DNA of 63,601 nt, filler included, from Phoronis australis (Eukaryota > Animalia > Phoronida), in assembly GCA_002633005.1 (NCBI GenBank). It is 10 parts of 10 records of this genome, joined end to end, with 100 filler letters (N's around TTAATTAATTAA, not from the genome) between each part and the next. Parts side by side here need not be neighbours in the genome. Positions count along the whole stretch, not along the records: positions 1 to 14,519 come from NMRA01000091.1; positions 14,620 to 19,719 come from NMRA01002428.1; positions 19,820 to 25,548 come from NMRA01002282.1; positions 25,649 to 29,650 come from NMRA01002752.1; 6 more parts are not named here. One strand, given 5' to 3'. How positions within the stretch are numbered: position 1 is the stretch's first letter; each line of letters begins with the position of its first letter. Of this stretch, positions 13,600 to 26,744 are shown one piece after another. The notes below the pieces were generated by a model. The model was not told the origin of the DNA and made no database searches. It worked only from the letters and a program-made list of their open reading frames with translations. Position numbers and translations under genes: made by a program.

Positions 13600-13880
13600 A
13601 TCAAAGCTAAAGGTTAAAAAATCCTTGGGTTGGATATAAGAAACTATTCTCGACACAGACAAATCCCTGGGCATACATGTATGGGTAGCCCGTGTGTCCA
13701 GAGTGTGGTACTGATGTTGAAACCCCTAAACTCCTGGTTGAGTCTTGTCCAGGTTTATACAGGCTAAGGAGCAAGCCACTGGACAGCACTACATGCCTAC
13801 AACATATAGCGTACGGCAACAACTGGAAAAGTGTGTTAGTTTTCTTAATTAAAGACATAGGCAGACTTGAAAACTTCTTT
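13600..13880 (+). mobile_element. Decayed 3' end of a non-LTR retrotransposon ORF2 (CCHC zinc knuckle)
   Basis: CPECGTDVETPK(-)LLVESCPGL matches the CxxC...ETxxH...CP motif of LINE ORF2 C-termini; His lost, upstream frame broken. Confidence 0.55.
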
Positions 13881-14228
13881 CAGGAAGAGTCCCGGCCGTT
13901 GATCATTGACAAGGCTCTAGTCGTGAGTTCAAGCTCAGTTGTTTCGTGCCGTTGGGCCCAGCTATGAGGCCTGCACACGTCAGACCACCTGCGGTCTTTC
14001 CTAGTTTCTTATAAGGCATTATTCATCTTCCTACTTTACCTGTCTGGGACATGCCAAATTTATCAAACTTTTTTACTTTTACAACCCTGGTGTTCACAAT
14101 AATCGTAACATTCAGCTCAAGTACAATGCTTTCGATACATACATGTAAAGATCATAACCACTGAAGTGTTTTCTTCATATACTATTTTTAATGTATCACA
14201 TTGTCGATTGTAACCCTACTGCAATTAA

Positions 14229-14519
14229 GAGGCAGTCCATATAAAAACCAGTAGATTTTCAAAAATCAGTCTATACGTCAAAATTTAAAACAACTTCATT
14301 TTTTGTACATGGGTAGGTATCCTAACAAAAACCCAAATGCCAAATTTTGCGCACTCAATGACCCCTAATTTCGCCGCTGGAGCATGATAACACAAATTGG
14401 CACAATTGGGCATATTAGCCGTCTCAAAAATCGCATGTTTTCAGCAACAAAAATGAGTAACATACAAAATAGATCAAAAGCTATATTTTGGTGGCTGAAA
14501 TAACCAACGTATACTGTGC
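14229..14519 (+). mobile_element. Left end of a second copy of the Sola3-like element, cut by the contig end
   Basis: TTAA + GAGGCAGTCCATATAAAAACCAGTAG...; near-identical to 42817-43107. Confidence 0.85.
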
Positions 14520-14619
14520 NNNNNNNNNNNNNNNNNNNNNNNNNNNNNNNNNNNNNNNNNNNNTTAATTAATTAANNNNNNNNNNNNNNNNNNNNNNNNN
14601 NNNNNNNNNNNNNNNNNNN
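14520..14619. other. Artificial contig linker (44N-TTAATTAATTAA-44N); same linker at 19720-19819, 25549-25648, 29651-29750, 36551-36650, 39654-39753, 52195-52294, 54785-54884, 60580-60679
   Basis: The same 100-bp N/TTAATTAATTAA/N block occurs nine times. The 12-mer places stop codons in all six frames. Genes are cut off at these points. Confidence 0.97.
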
Positions 14620-14964
14620 GTAATTTATTTGATCTAAAGCCCCATTTATGTTAAAGAAGGCACTTTTTGCAACATCTGCAATGTCCATTCTGATTAAGGG
14701 TGTTCTTTAATAGAAAGCCACCAGAAATGACAATTGAAGATACGTAAATGTAAATGTTTATTGATAACTTTTATCAAAGAAAGAACCCTTTATTTTAGTA
14801 ATAATTGGCAAAACCAACTTAAATGCAAGCCAGTTTTCTCATGTAATGAAGTTTTTCCAATATCTATCCAATATTTATCAATTAAGCCAAAATTTAATAG
14901 CTCAATAACACAAATGGTGATGTTTTCACATACAAATTCACTTTAGTATATTTGTGATACGAAA

Positions 14965-15374
14965 ACCGATTTCTTCCTTGTTTTTTTGGTAAGTATGCAA
15001 GACGTACGAAAATAATACTTTCCATCATTTTCACATACAAATTCACTTTTCCATTGCAGAACACTCATTTTTCCCAATGAATTTGTGATACGAGCACTGT
15101 TTTTATAACTGATTTTAATGCCTGGCTATTTCTCACTCTCTTTGTAATACCACCTGTAAATACAACACTGANCCGATTTTTCCTTGTTTTTTTGGTAACA
15201 TGCAAGACGTACGAAAATAATACTTTCCATCATTTTCACATACAAATTGACTTTAGTCCATTGCAGAACACTCATTTTTCCCAATGAATTTGTGATACGA
15301 ACACTGTTTTTATTACTGATTTTAATGCCTGGCTATCTCTCACTCTCTTTGTAATACCTGTAAATACAACACTG
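14965..15374. repeat. ~205-bp direct duplication around single N (15172)
   Basis: 14965-15170 is repeated at 15173-15374 with small indels; probably an overlap or haplotype artefact. Confidence 0.8.
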
Positions 15375-17440
15375 ATAAGGCATACCTTGTTCAAATTGCA
15401 GACATAGCATCGAGTTCCGAAAAATTAAAATAAACTTTATTTTTTTTGCCAATTGTCGACACGCACGTAGTTTTATGGCATAATGGGGTGTCATTAAAGG
15501 ATTACGTACGTGACCAAGCAGCTCAGGCAGCTGGACTGAATTCAATGGGCTATTGTGTTCGCATTAGCAAACTCCAAACGTCGGACGAAGGCCGTCCGAC
15601 GGTCAATTTTCAGCTGGAAAGGGTTCGTCATGTAAAGTACAAAATTCCAAACGTAATTTCGAGTTCCAATTCCTGTAAAAAGATCAATGACAGGGCCCAG
15701 GTATCAATTCCGGTATGTTTGGCACTTAATCATGTTTGAAAGTGTTGTACTGTGTTTGGAAATTTGTTTGAAAAGCTGTTTTTTCTGCTCAACAGCTTAT
15801 GACCTGACTGGATTTAAGGGCCCCACCAGAGCATTTATTAGTGTGCCCTCCACTCATTTCCAATGTTCTATGTATATCAAATGCTTTGAGATGCCAGCAG
15901 GGTAGTATTCTGCATGCAGCTTTGTTGACCTTTGTGGTCAGTGAGAATGTCCTACTCACATGTGTATGAATGCATAGTATGTGCACCTCATTCATGTACC
16001 ACACCAGTATTGCCTGTGTGGTTATGGAAATGTGTAAGCTGCTTGTGTTGTATGGGCATTGTTGAGCTTGAAATGCTAGTTTTACTCCTATAAAACTAGG
16101 GATGTATTTATTGCGACATGTCTCCGTTATTGTTGTTACTAGTTTATTGCTTAACCAGTGTATCTATTTTGAATATTCTTCAAGCCTTGGATGACTGATC
16201 TTTTCAGTTTAGGATAGTTATTGTTTGCATCCCAAGAAATGAATTACATACTGTCTTTTTTAGTATTTTTATTCAGTGACTCCTGGTGTGGTTTTGAAAA
16301 TGGTTGTTTTTTAGGCTGAAATGCAGATTTTTTACCAAGTTCTGCAATGACCCTGTCATTTCCACATGGTTATCTTGAAAAGCAAATTCTTGTATACATA
16401 TTATTGTCATCTTGTGAGGTGTGCAATTTATTGCGGTTTTCAGTGACTGGTTCCACCAGGGATAGCAGTATTGTGCACCTACCGGTACTTTGCTCAAACC
16501 CATGTTTCATATTATTATATTGATAACTTTTCCTCGTGAAGGTAGTGATCTCAGCAGTTATATCACTTATGGTGTTTTGTCAAGTAGTAGAACCTTGTAC
16601 TGCTATGACACAAATTTTGAAGGTTCCTATGTTGTAGTTAAGTCCCACTTTAAATATTTTGCTCACCATGTGAGTTATTGTTTACATGGAGGGATTCATA
16701 CTTATGGATGATCTCATCAGGGATTGCATGTAACACTATTTGTGTGTGTATATTTGTTACATGTTCATTGTAAAAAGTGTATTGTTTATATTGCAAAGTT
16801 CATAATTGTTAGTTTAAAAGATTTCGGTAGGTTATCTCAACAGTGCTTATTGCATGTTTTGCTCATCCTGTGAAGTGTAATATTTATACTGAAGAGTTTA
16901 TCATCGCTAGTGCCTGTGTCCCTTATTGCTTTGCCCATAGTGTGAACAACTAGTCATGTTAACGTTTGAAATTCTCATGTACAATATATATTAAACTATT
17001 CCGAAATCTTACACTTATTTTCATTGCGCAAGCACTAATCTGAAGAGTGGCCTACTAGTTATGTGGAATGCGCACAATGCATTGTTAAAGCGAGGTGATC
17101 GTATGCCACTGGGTTTTTGTTTTCTTACTCTTTGTGAACGCAGTGCCTGTAACTCGCATTTATTCCTAAGTTTATGCAATCATTTTAAATTACAAAACAT
17201 GAAACCCTGGGAACCGGTGGGGCAGTTAAATTTTGACATCGACAATATATACGTGTCATTTGAAGTAGTAGCCCGTTGTAGGGGGCCACGACCAAAAATA
17301 TGGGTACACATCACATGTTGAACCACAAAAAAACAAGTGAAAGAGTTTCTTTTTCAGGTAAGAGACGCGTTGCGCGCTTTGGTTGTTTTTGTCTGTTTTA
17401 GGTAGCAAGTGGCACTCTTTTCATTGACGATTTCGCTGAG

Positions 17441-17812
17441 GTACGTTTCAGAAAATCGTACTGTAGGCCTAAGTCATTTTTTCTGTGCCAGTTAATTTAG
17501 GTACACAGCAACTGAAAAATGGATAAATCACGTCATTTTAAATCTCCATAACGCTCCGTTATGGCCACTTCGACTTGGATGGATTTTGGCTCTTTCAAAC
17601 ACTCCACCATGCTCTATTTTTTGAAGTACGTTTCAGAAAATCGTACTGTAGGCCTAAGTCATTTTTTCTGTGCCGGTTAATTTAGGTACACAGCAACTGA
17701 AAAAATGGATAAATCACGTCGTTTTAAATCTCCATATCGCTCCGTTATGGCCACTTCGACTTGGATGGATTTTGGCTCATTCAAACACTCCACCATGCTC
17801 TATTTTTTGAAG
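17441..17812. repeat. Tandem duplication, 185-bp unit x2
   Basis: GTACGTTTCAGAAAATCGTACTGTAGGCC...TATTTTTTGAAGT starts at 17441 and 17626; few substitutions; no N at the junction. Confidence 0.9.
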
Positions 17813-18386
17813 TTCGTTAACGAAAACGCGTACCAGGATGTAAGGTTCGTGCCCTCCCCTCGAGTTTTAGTTGGAAATTTTGACATGAAGATGATGGTGA
17901 TATTTATGCGTTCCTTGACGAGAATTCCAGCAAGTCAAGTTTTGCCTAATTCAGTTTTCATTCATTTTTATACCGTGTATGCTCGCTGGCAAAATAAGAT
18001 ACCATCAAGATTTTAGTCTAGATGTTTCCTAACTCGGTTTTTGGCCATAACACTAGTTATAGGAATCTGATTATGAGCGCGCAAGAGAAGACGGAACATA
18101 TTTGCGACGTTTCGTTTACTCAAAGTTAATGAGCCTAAAAGTCAGAAAATATTTGTTTTCTCTTTCTCGCTTATAATGATTTTCAAGGGTTTCCGTTATT
18201 CAATTTCGGCTAGGTCGTCGCTTTCTCGCAAAACTACCGATTGGATGATCAATTACGCACTTAATTGCTCTCCGTTTTAACGTTGATCATCGTCAATACA
18301 CCTCCAAAAATTGCACATCGTCTTTGCGCAAACAACATTGAGATTTAAGTCTCCCGAAAAAAGTTGACGATTGGATAGTGTTTAAA

Positions 18387-18600
18387 AGTCTAATTCTAAA
18401 TTTCTCCAGTTAGTGCACAAATGAAGTAAAAGAAAGTAGTTCTGCTTGTCGCGTCAGCTGTTGGTATCGTTATCTCGATTTATGACCCACAACAGTCTAA
18501 TTCTCAGTTTCTCCAGTTAGTGCACCAATGAAGTAAACGAAAGTAGTTCTGCTTGTCGCGTCAGCTGTTGGTATCATTATCTCGATTTATGACCCACAAC
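18387..18600. repeat. Tandem duplication, 107-bp unit x2
   Basis: AGTCTAATTCT...ATGACCCACAAC at 18387 and 18494. Confidence 0.9.
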
Positions 18601-18826
18601 GCGTGACTGGACAAAGCCTTTTCAAATTAGAGTAGATATAAGCCGGTGGAGCGCGAGACCCCTGAGGTCCCAATCGAGTCCTCACGACAACTCCACCTCC
18701 ACGTTATGTAGTATCTCACCTCCATTTACTTACTAATGTCTGCACCCAAGATCGCCTTCTGTGAGTCTATGGACTAACCACTATCACTTCAAGTTTGAAG
18801 AGTCCTTGTCAGCTGGTATCCATGTG

Positions 18827-18898
18827 AGGTCAGCTTGTTGACCCCAAATTTGACCTTCACCGTGACATTATGTGGCGGGAAGGGAACTGCGGTAAACA
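18827..18898. promoter_or_regulatory. Cluster of nuclear-receptor half-sites (AGGTCA-n6-TGACCC-n6-TGACCT) plus forkhead-like GTAAACA
   Basis: Motifs read directly, 70-140 bp upstream of the ATG at 18966; function untested. Confidence 0.35.
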
Positions 18899-18965
18899 AA
18901 ACGTTCTGGCGAAACGGTGACTGCATTCAGACTTGAAACGTGTTGTGGTTCGCGAAAGAAGTGAA

Positions 18966-18988
18966 ATGAGTTGTCCGTTTCAAGGAAG
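18966..18988 (+). CDS. Candidate first coding exon MSCPFQG-, resembling the N-terminus of tryptophan 2,3-dioxygenase
   Basis: GAAATGAGTTGTCCGTTTCAAGGAAG|GTAAGT is a consensus donor. Animal TDOs begin MS(G)CP(F/Y)xG. Only 7 codons are visible. Confidence 0.4.
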
Positions 18989-19378
18989 GTAAGTACAATT
19001 CATATGAATTAACTAATCGATTTTTTCATGAACCCTTGAGTTACGACAGAAGTCCGATTCAACACGTCAGGACTGTGTGTGTTAAATCGTGTCATTGATA
19101 TTGAGTTGGAACGTGGCCAAAATCAAAAAATACCAACGGTGGAAGTTACATTGTAACATGGTATGACCCTCAGAACCGTTGACTACGCGTAATCGGGTAT
19201 AAATATTTCAATTGTTATATTCTTGGATGGATTTTCTAAGTTACCGACAAACTTTTAATGTAATTGAATGGTTCAATCTTTAACTTGACATTAATTCACA
19301 AACTGAAAATTCTGATAAATTTTATTACGAAATAAAACTTTACTAGTTATTCAACATCAGTGATTATCTTATCACATA

Positions 19379-19515
19379 GGTTTTCCCACATTCTATCTTG
19401 GAATTCATTTCATCTGGGAATGTCACAGCTCGACCTTCATTGTCAACCTTCCCAGATGAAATGAATTCTTGACAGGATATGGCAAATAGTATTCCTATAT
19501 GTATGTGGGATAACC
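19379..19515. repeat. Nested inverted repeat / hairpin element
   Basis: Perfect 20-bp stem GAATTCATTTCATCTGGGAA (19401-19420) with its reverse complement (19449-19468), inside an outer GGTTTTCCCACAT / ATGTGGGATAACC pair. Confidence 0.75.
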
Positions 19516-19819
19516 CAGTATATGTACATGCGACCACAGGCGCCCTCAGCTTCTGATCGTCCCCAACATATAATACTGCTAGACAAACTCCCGTTAGTAG
19601 GCCTACTGCCTCAAGCGCAAGCCAAGGTGAAATTTAGTTGTGCCGACATGACGCCTCCGATTTTGTTGAAGTCATAGACGTACAATGTACACTCAGCTAT
19701 TTATTGCAAAATTGTTGGGNNNNNNNNNNNNNNNNNNNNNNNNNNNNNNNNNNNNNNNNNNNNTTAATTAATTAANNNNNNNNNNNNNNNNNNNNNNNNN
19801 NNNNNNNNNNNNNNNNNNN

Positions 19820-21155
19820 AAGCTTCTAACACAAGGAGATGTCATTTGCCTTTCAAAACTAAAGCAAGACTTTGAAGTTGTTGTTCAGAAAGCTGGTGTG
19901 CATGGAGTTATTTGGGCAGGCATTCTTAAGAAATTTTGTTGAAGCTATTCACTGTTGTAGTTTGTGCCGGACTAAGAGATACGAAAGTGAATTGAGGCTA
20001 GTGTTCAATAATTCGCTTGCTGACTCTAATTAACACAGCCCATTATAACATATTTTGAATCAAACGTTTGCCCAAATAGTGCCTGCCTCCAAACAAGGAC
20101 TTAGTGTTTGACCCTTCATTGCCTGCGGACTAATCACCAGTGTGCATGCAGTGCTGTACCCTCTCTAATCGTCCATAGTTGGCTCCTTGGCGGTGGAGCT
20201 TTGCAGTTAAATATGTATGGCAATGACCGCATCTCCATTGGCAGTACTAAACGATGAACAATGCAAGTGCAAAAAGAACATGTGTGCTGGGAAACTGAGT
20301 TTGTGCTACAATGCTGGGTCAAACTGTACAGAAATGTGCAGCTGTAACAACTGTAGTAACATCAGCAACACTGTCTGCATAACATTGGATAGTTCTTTGA
20401 CAAGTCAACCCCAAATAGACCTCCAACCCTGTTATTTCCTTTTTTGTATTAAAAAGTTAATTTTATTGGTTGATTAAGTCACAGAAAGTACATACTTTGA
20501 TCATTAATGTCATGTATTTGTCTCATACTGCTTGATAAACGCTGTCAGAATAATCTATTATTTTCATACAGTCTTTGTGCACATTCACAGAGATCTTTCA
20601 ACTATATTGTTTTTGTACTATAACGTATTTCTGGTGTATTATGCAAACAAGCTGTATTTTACACCATTAGTCAATGTTTTAGTCATTGAGGCACAAATTT
20701 TGCCCAGTCTCAAGTGTTTTGTGTTTATTTTTGTTGCCAGACAATGCCAGAATAACTTCCTAGTAACATTCAGACTTAGTTTGCATTTTTGCCACTAGGT
20801 GTCTCTTTACATTTTTTAAATTTCACTGTTTACAATTAATCTACAATATTAAAACATATAATGTGAGTGTAATATTGTTCAATACAATGGCACTGATGGG
20901 ACCATATTACTTGTTTTACAAAAAAGTCACCAAAACTGTTGTTTTTACAAATATAAGTTTACTAAGCTCTTTGGTGATTATTAGGTAACTTCAAACTCAA
21001 ATTTCTCAAAAATGTGCAACTTTATATGTGGGAACTTTTTAGATTTTGNAAAACACTCTAATAAATGAATTAAAAAACATCAAAATAAAATTGCCCCCCA
21101 AAGTACTCACAAAAACCATTTTCTAGAGGCCCTACAAAATCTGGCCCACCGACTA
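19820..21155 (+). mobile_element. Decayed 3' part of an AcademX-like DNA transposon (Cys8 finger and right terminus)
   Basis: Broken frames give LHCLRTNHQ, PSLIVHSW and SPLAVLNDEQCKCKKNMC...AGSNCTEMCSCNNCSN; ends ...CTGGCCCACCGACTA (Academ 5'-TAG...CTA-3'). Confidence 0.65.
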
Positions 21156-24100
21156 ATTACAGTGGGATTCAGATTTATAATTTTTCGCATCTAGTAATTC
21201 ACTAGAATGAATGATGAAGTCCGCCATCTAAAAATGTTTAATTATTCTTTTGGAAAAACCACACAGCATCCAAAAAACAACTGAAAGTGGTCGCCTTATT
21301 GCAAAATTAAGTTATGGAATTTTACACATCTCAGATGAGTAATTACTAGAAAAACATTTAATTAGTGAATGACATTCATCCAATGACTCTCAATAGAACG
21401 TGGGCTGAAACAGAAGACTGCCGAACTTACAGAATTTCTCGTGGATAACGGAGAACAAAATCGTGCTATTATTTAAGCTCATGCGTCACAGTGTTATGTA
21501 TCAGTTTCAGCATAAATATACGCAGGTACGTAAATGATAACGTGGCCTTGTAAAAATATGTCTAACTTTGCAATACCAAATCTCAGAAATGATGGGTCTT
21601 ATATCTAGTCACAATAGTCAGCCAACAAGCAAATTCCTGCATTTTGAGGTCACTAACCTCAGAGACCTCGCTCACTGAGAAAATATTGAAGTTAAGCTGT
21701 TAATGAGTACTACTTTGATGATAAGATTGTTTACCTTGGTATGCCCTATTTCACACATTATGGCACTATTTACCCAGCGATATCCTGCTTTTACACATGA
21801 CATTGGTACTGTTTACCTTGGGATACTTTGCTTCACACAAGGGCACTGTTTACATTGGGATACCCTGCTTCACACAATGGTGAGGTGGATAGTTTTAATC
21901 AATATTTTTAAACCCGTCACAGTCGTAAACAGGCAAATTAACATTTCTTATTTGCTATGGTTGTTGCATGGTAAGAAGGAAATTGGCTCAACAAACTTCT
22001 TTTAGCCATCCTTACTTTATTTTAGTTTATTTTAATTTTAACTAAGCCGCCTACGTAGTGCTTCGACAGGCTTAGGTTAAAAGCATTTCAATTCACTTTT
22101 TTGAAATTTTATTTTTGTTTTGGTATAGTTGACTGCGTAAGTGTCAAATGTGTTGTGTGCGTGAAACAGTGATTGGTGAGCTAATGATGAGAAGTTGACA
22201 AACTTGTGACCTATTAATGTCTTATCCAAATTTTTAATTGCGTTTTTATACACGTACTTCACTTATCGCTAGTTGTCTTGTTACAGTCCTTGGTGTATTT
22301 GCTGATTTTTTGGTGAAAATATGGGTTCTTTGCAGTTGTTTCACAGTAGACCGTGATGATTGAAAATATGCTATTCAAGCCCATTCACCTATGTGGGTTT
22401 GTGTGCATCTATTCGAAATTAGGCAAATGCGCTTATACGCGTCGAATTACAGAAAGTTATGACTCATTTATTTCGCAAAACATACGTGTCACAATTTTTT
22501 TTTTCTCTTTTTCAGAGGCTCCAGGAAATAGAAGCTTACCGTAAAGAAATGAGGTTTTCTGACTTCTTAACAGTAAAACCAAGCTCATTAGCACACTGAT
22601 GTTTTTCTAATCTTTTTTACTAATTTGATAAAGAAACACTGTTTCGCCATATTGTGTGACAAATATATGCAGGTGAAGAGTTAGCGTACACCACTTGGGT
22701 AAAACAAGACAATCATTTGAGTGAGATCTGTCTGAAAATGGCGAAACCAACAGAAAGTGTTTGTATCAACATTAAATTTGTATATTAATGCAGGAATATA
22801 TCAAATCCTATGAACAGGTCGGTTTGAATTCAAGTAATCATTCTCTTTGCTTATCGATTGCCAGGAGACACTGAAATCAGGTGATTTATTGAAACATATA
22901 CATATGGCCGGAGTACAAGACAGCACATTGTCAGGTGCGTTACAAACTGGATAGTAAATTGTGACGCTTGAGAGCACGATGGACGAATTTTAGAAGTTGG
23001 TTATCCGGAGTTCTCATGAGAGATTCAAACCTAGATGTCGTGTGAGAATGACAAAAACGATCACTTGAGTACTTAACCAGAAGGTCTTGGTACGCACTGC
23101 AAACTAACACAAGGTGGTATTCGTCCTCTACACATCAAGAATTACATAACTCACATAACATATTTTCATAGGCAATATTTGTGTGGCGACCTCTATTAAC
23201 GAATGATTTGAACATTGCAATCGAGCCAGAGACTGGATAAAAACACCCACGTACGTGTGATACTATTTCTAGAAAATTCTCTAGACTATACATTGTTTTA
23301 TACCTCACATAGTAATCACCCTCCCAAGTAACATGCTGAATCAAAATTCTTAAACCTAATAACTAATAAGCGATTTGTAAGCAATCTTAAAAAAAACGAA
23401 ATGGGGGCATAATACAATGTTAAAAATATGCCCGTAAATGTGTAAAATGTTAAGCAGCTGGTGCTTTCGCTTTTCTGTTCGTCCAGCTCTCAAAATCATA
23501 AGGACAGGTGTGTAAAAGTTGAGCTTTCGCATAATTGACATCTCCAAAAACGGTGTTTTGAGCAATACAAACAGTGAACGAAATGCATTTTTATAACTAT
23601 GGTGAATTATATGATTACTTTTGCAACGGTTTTTCCCATACAGGGTTTTATACAGGACTCCAAAAATGGAATTCGGGACTCCCGAGCATCCAGGTTGCCC
23701 TGTGCACTAGATAACGTGAGTATGCGTCGGTATGACAGCCTTGTTTATTTTCTTACCTACGGATAACGTTGCATATGGCTCGCGTGCAGCGAGGAAATCC
23801 AAACTGCTAAAGTTGATGTTGACGGATTTTGTATGTGATAAAATAAACACAGTCTTAGACGGAAGCCATCTTTATTCCAACTCCCTCCACTAGCGCCACC
23901 TAACAGTTACATAACTAACTACTCAACACCTTCCCCGTCTAGTTTTCTTTTTTTTTAGACTCAAAAACGTTAACAGAAAAAAAAATGATAAAGCTTATAG
24001 AAAACAAAGGTTAATACTAAAGTANCCAAAGTTGGTGTACTATGTTTTGTCTTTCTATTAGTAGAATTTGACTTAGCGGCGCCAATAGAAAGCAGGAACG

Positions 24101-24269
24101 GGAAAAGAATAAGCGTAAAAGGTAAATTTCAGTTTTACTTCTTGTGAGTTGTGAGAATTGTTATGATGGCCAATCTTTTAGAATTTTTAATTCAACGCTT
24201 TCTATTAAAAACGATTTTGAATTTGAAGTATCATGGAATGGAAAACATCGTAGTTTGTCTTTGTTGTCT

Positions 24270-24460
24270 CTGTCATTATCATCACCATCACCGTAACCAT
24301 CGTTATCTTCGTCGATATCATAACCATCACCATTAATCACCATAATCGTCATAATCACCACCGTCAACACCAGCATCATCAAAACCCCTAATCATCATCA
24401 TCATCATCATCATAATCATATTCCTCATCACCATAAACTATCATAATCATCATCGTCATT

Positions 24461-24492
<32 letters not shown>

Positions 24493-24730
24493 AATTACCA
24501 TCATCGTCACCATAACCACTATCAACATGAACCGCCATAATCATCCTAACCGCCACCATCATCATCANCCGCCATAATCATCCTAACCGCCGCCATCATC
24601 ATCATTGTTATAAGCCATTGTAATCATCGAACTCATCACCATAATCAGATACACCATGACATCACCATGAACCAACATTATCACCAGCATAGTCATCATC
24701 AACTTCTTCACCACCATTATCATCATCACA
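24270..24730. repeat. Degenerate (CAT/CAC)n microsatellite
   Basis: Long CAT-rich tract with perfect runs; single-N duplication at 24568. Confidence 0.93.
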
Positions 24731-26744
24731 GAAAACACTTTCCTTGTAGAGATATTTAGCTCATTAATCACATTGCAATTATGTGGGATGCACAGACATT
24801 CAGCATACAACTGCAAGAACGAGTTCTGGTTTTCACGGCTCAACGTATACGCGAACTGAATAGTTACTTTGCCACTTCCTCGATAGTAGGCTGGTTGAAT
24901 TCAACTTGAGATCAGCGTCGGGGTCTCGTATCACAAACAAACAACATTTTGTTTGATTCATACGATGCAGGCGCATAAAGCCAACCACGCTTACTTAAAT
25001 TTTCCGTCTCAAGCTTAATTGACACAGAAATATTCTTTGATCGTATTAAAAATCAATACATCGCAAATTATTTTAAGTAAAAAATAACTCCATTCACTGT
25101 TCATCAGCGGCAATATAAACAAGTAATAACAGCTCCATTTCCAAACTCTCAGACGCACTTTAAACAATTATTCCCCTTCATGTTTATTTCAAACGCAGTT
25201 ATGAAAATTCACTGATAAACAATGCAATTCCCAAGAGGGTGTAGTGCCTCGTGAAACAGTAAGCAAAGCAGAATGATAAACGTTCATTGATTTCGAAGAT
25301 ATTGATGTGTCCGGGTTCGTCAGAAAGGCAATAATACATTTATTTTATTGTTAACTACTTCACTGCGAAATGGTACTCGAAAAAGCTCGTGATTCGAAAT
25401 GTGCGAGCTCGTTGTTCAGACTGCCATTGGTTCAATAACAATGCATACTTGCACGTAGGGCGATTGTTTCAAAGGTAGGGCCATTAAAACTTGTAAAGGA
25501 TTCTGGTAAAGGATTATGTACGCTTGTTTGTCTTCATAAAGCCATTCANNNNNNNNNNNNNNNNNNNNNNNNNNNNNNNNNNNNNNNNNNNNTTAATTAA
25601 TTAANNNNNNNNNNNNNNNNNNNNNNNNNNNNNNNNNNNNNNNNNNNNTCGTTCCTGATGCCAATGATGCAAAGAAACACAAAACTTGCAGACAGACGCG
25701 AAACTGAGACAGAAACGTGGACTATTTACCTCCAGGGGGTAACAGATTTTGAGAACAAGTTGATTTCCCTGTAAAAGATTATTATTGAAAAATGTACCAC
25801 CAGGAATGAGAACACAAGATATTGCAGAGTTTCAATCTTACAACAAAGGAACATCTGACTTCAGTTGCATATAGTTGATGCGACTACGTGTAGGTTCCTT
25901 ATAACAGCACCAGAAGTCCGTAAAACATGCCAATTTAAAATTTTCTTTCCTCTAGAATTGGTACTTCATTGTAGCTACATCAGAATCCATTTATGTTCTT
26001 GGAAATCTGTGTCACTCACTTAAACAGTGCTTTTTTATAGGTTCTTTCTCAACCTTGTTTCCGTGCCAACAATTCACTTACTGCTGCATCGCTAGTTCTG
26101 ACTGGATAGGAACCATGGATATGCAACGCGCATCATTCTTTATGTTCCCACGGTCATCGATGTCTCCATTTTGGGGCTGAATATTGCCTTTTGTAAATAC
26201 TTACATATCACGCAAAATTCCCCTCTTATGATTAAAAATTTTCCTTAAAAGTTAGATTCCGAAGGTGAAATAAACCTGCATTGATTTACCCTACTTGTAC
26301 TCCTACTGCAGTATAATCTTACCCATTTAGGACACAACATCCCGACAACTGAAATTTTATTTTTTCGTATATCAGAAATTGGTTCACAATTGTTCTTTAC
26401 TCAGATGAAATTTGATTTTAGGTTTTTCAAAGAACTGACAATTTGCCAGTGTTCGAGACCAAGTTCGGTGATTAAAATGACACGCAGCGAGAAGTCAACT
26501 TGTAAAGCCTGGCCTCAAGCAAAAACAAGCTGTCCGTTCGCTCGAAGCCCAAAATCACGTTTACCGGTACAATGATTAAGGAACAATTAGACAGCAAATT
26601 CATAACAGAAAATGGGTCTTAATCAAAACATCCTCACTTCAAAATCCAACCTTTCCATTCCTTCGGCCAGAACAATAGAATCTGGATTAGTTTATTACAA
26701 CTTCAGGGGTGATCCTGAAGTATTGAGCAAAGAATGGCATTCAT

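Noticed and set aside
14564-14575. Recurrent TTAATTAATTAA palindrome as a biological motif
   Set aside because: Always centred in 44+44 N; it is a six-frame-stop assembly spacer.
24151-24843. His-rich, Asp-rich or Met-rich ORFs
   Set aside because: Translations of a degenerate (CAT)n microsatellite.
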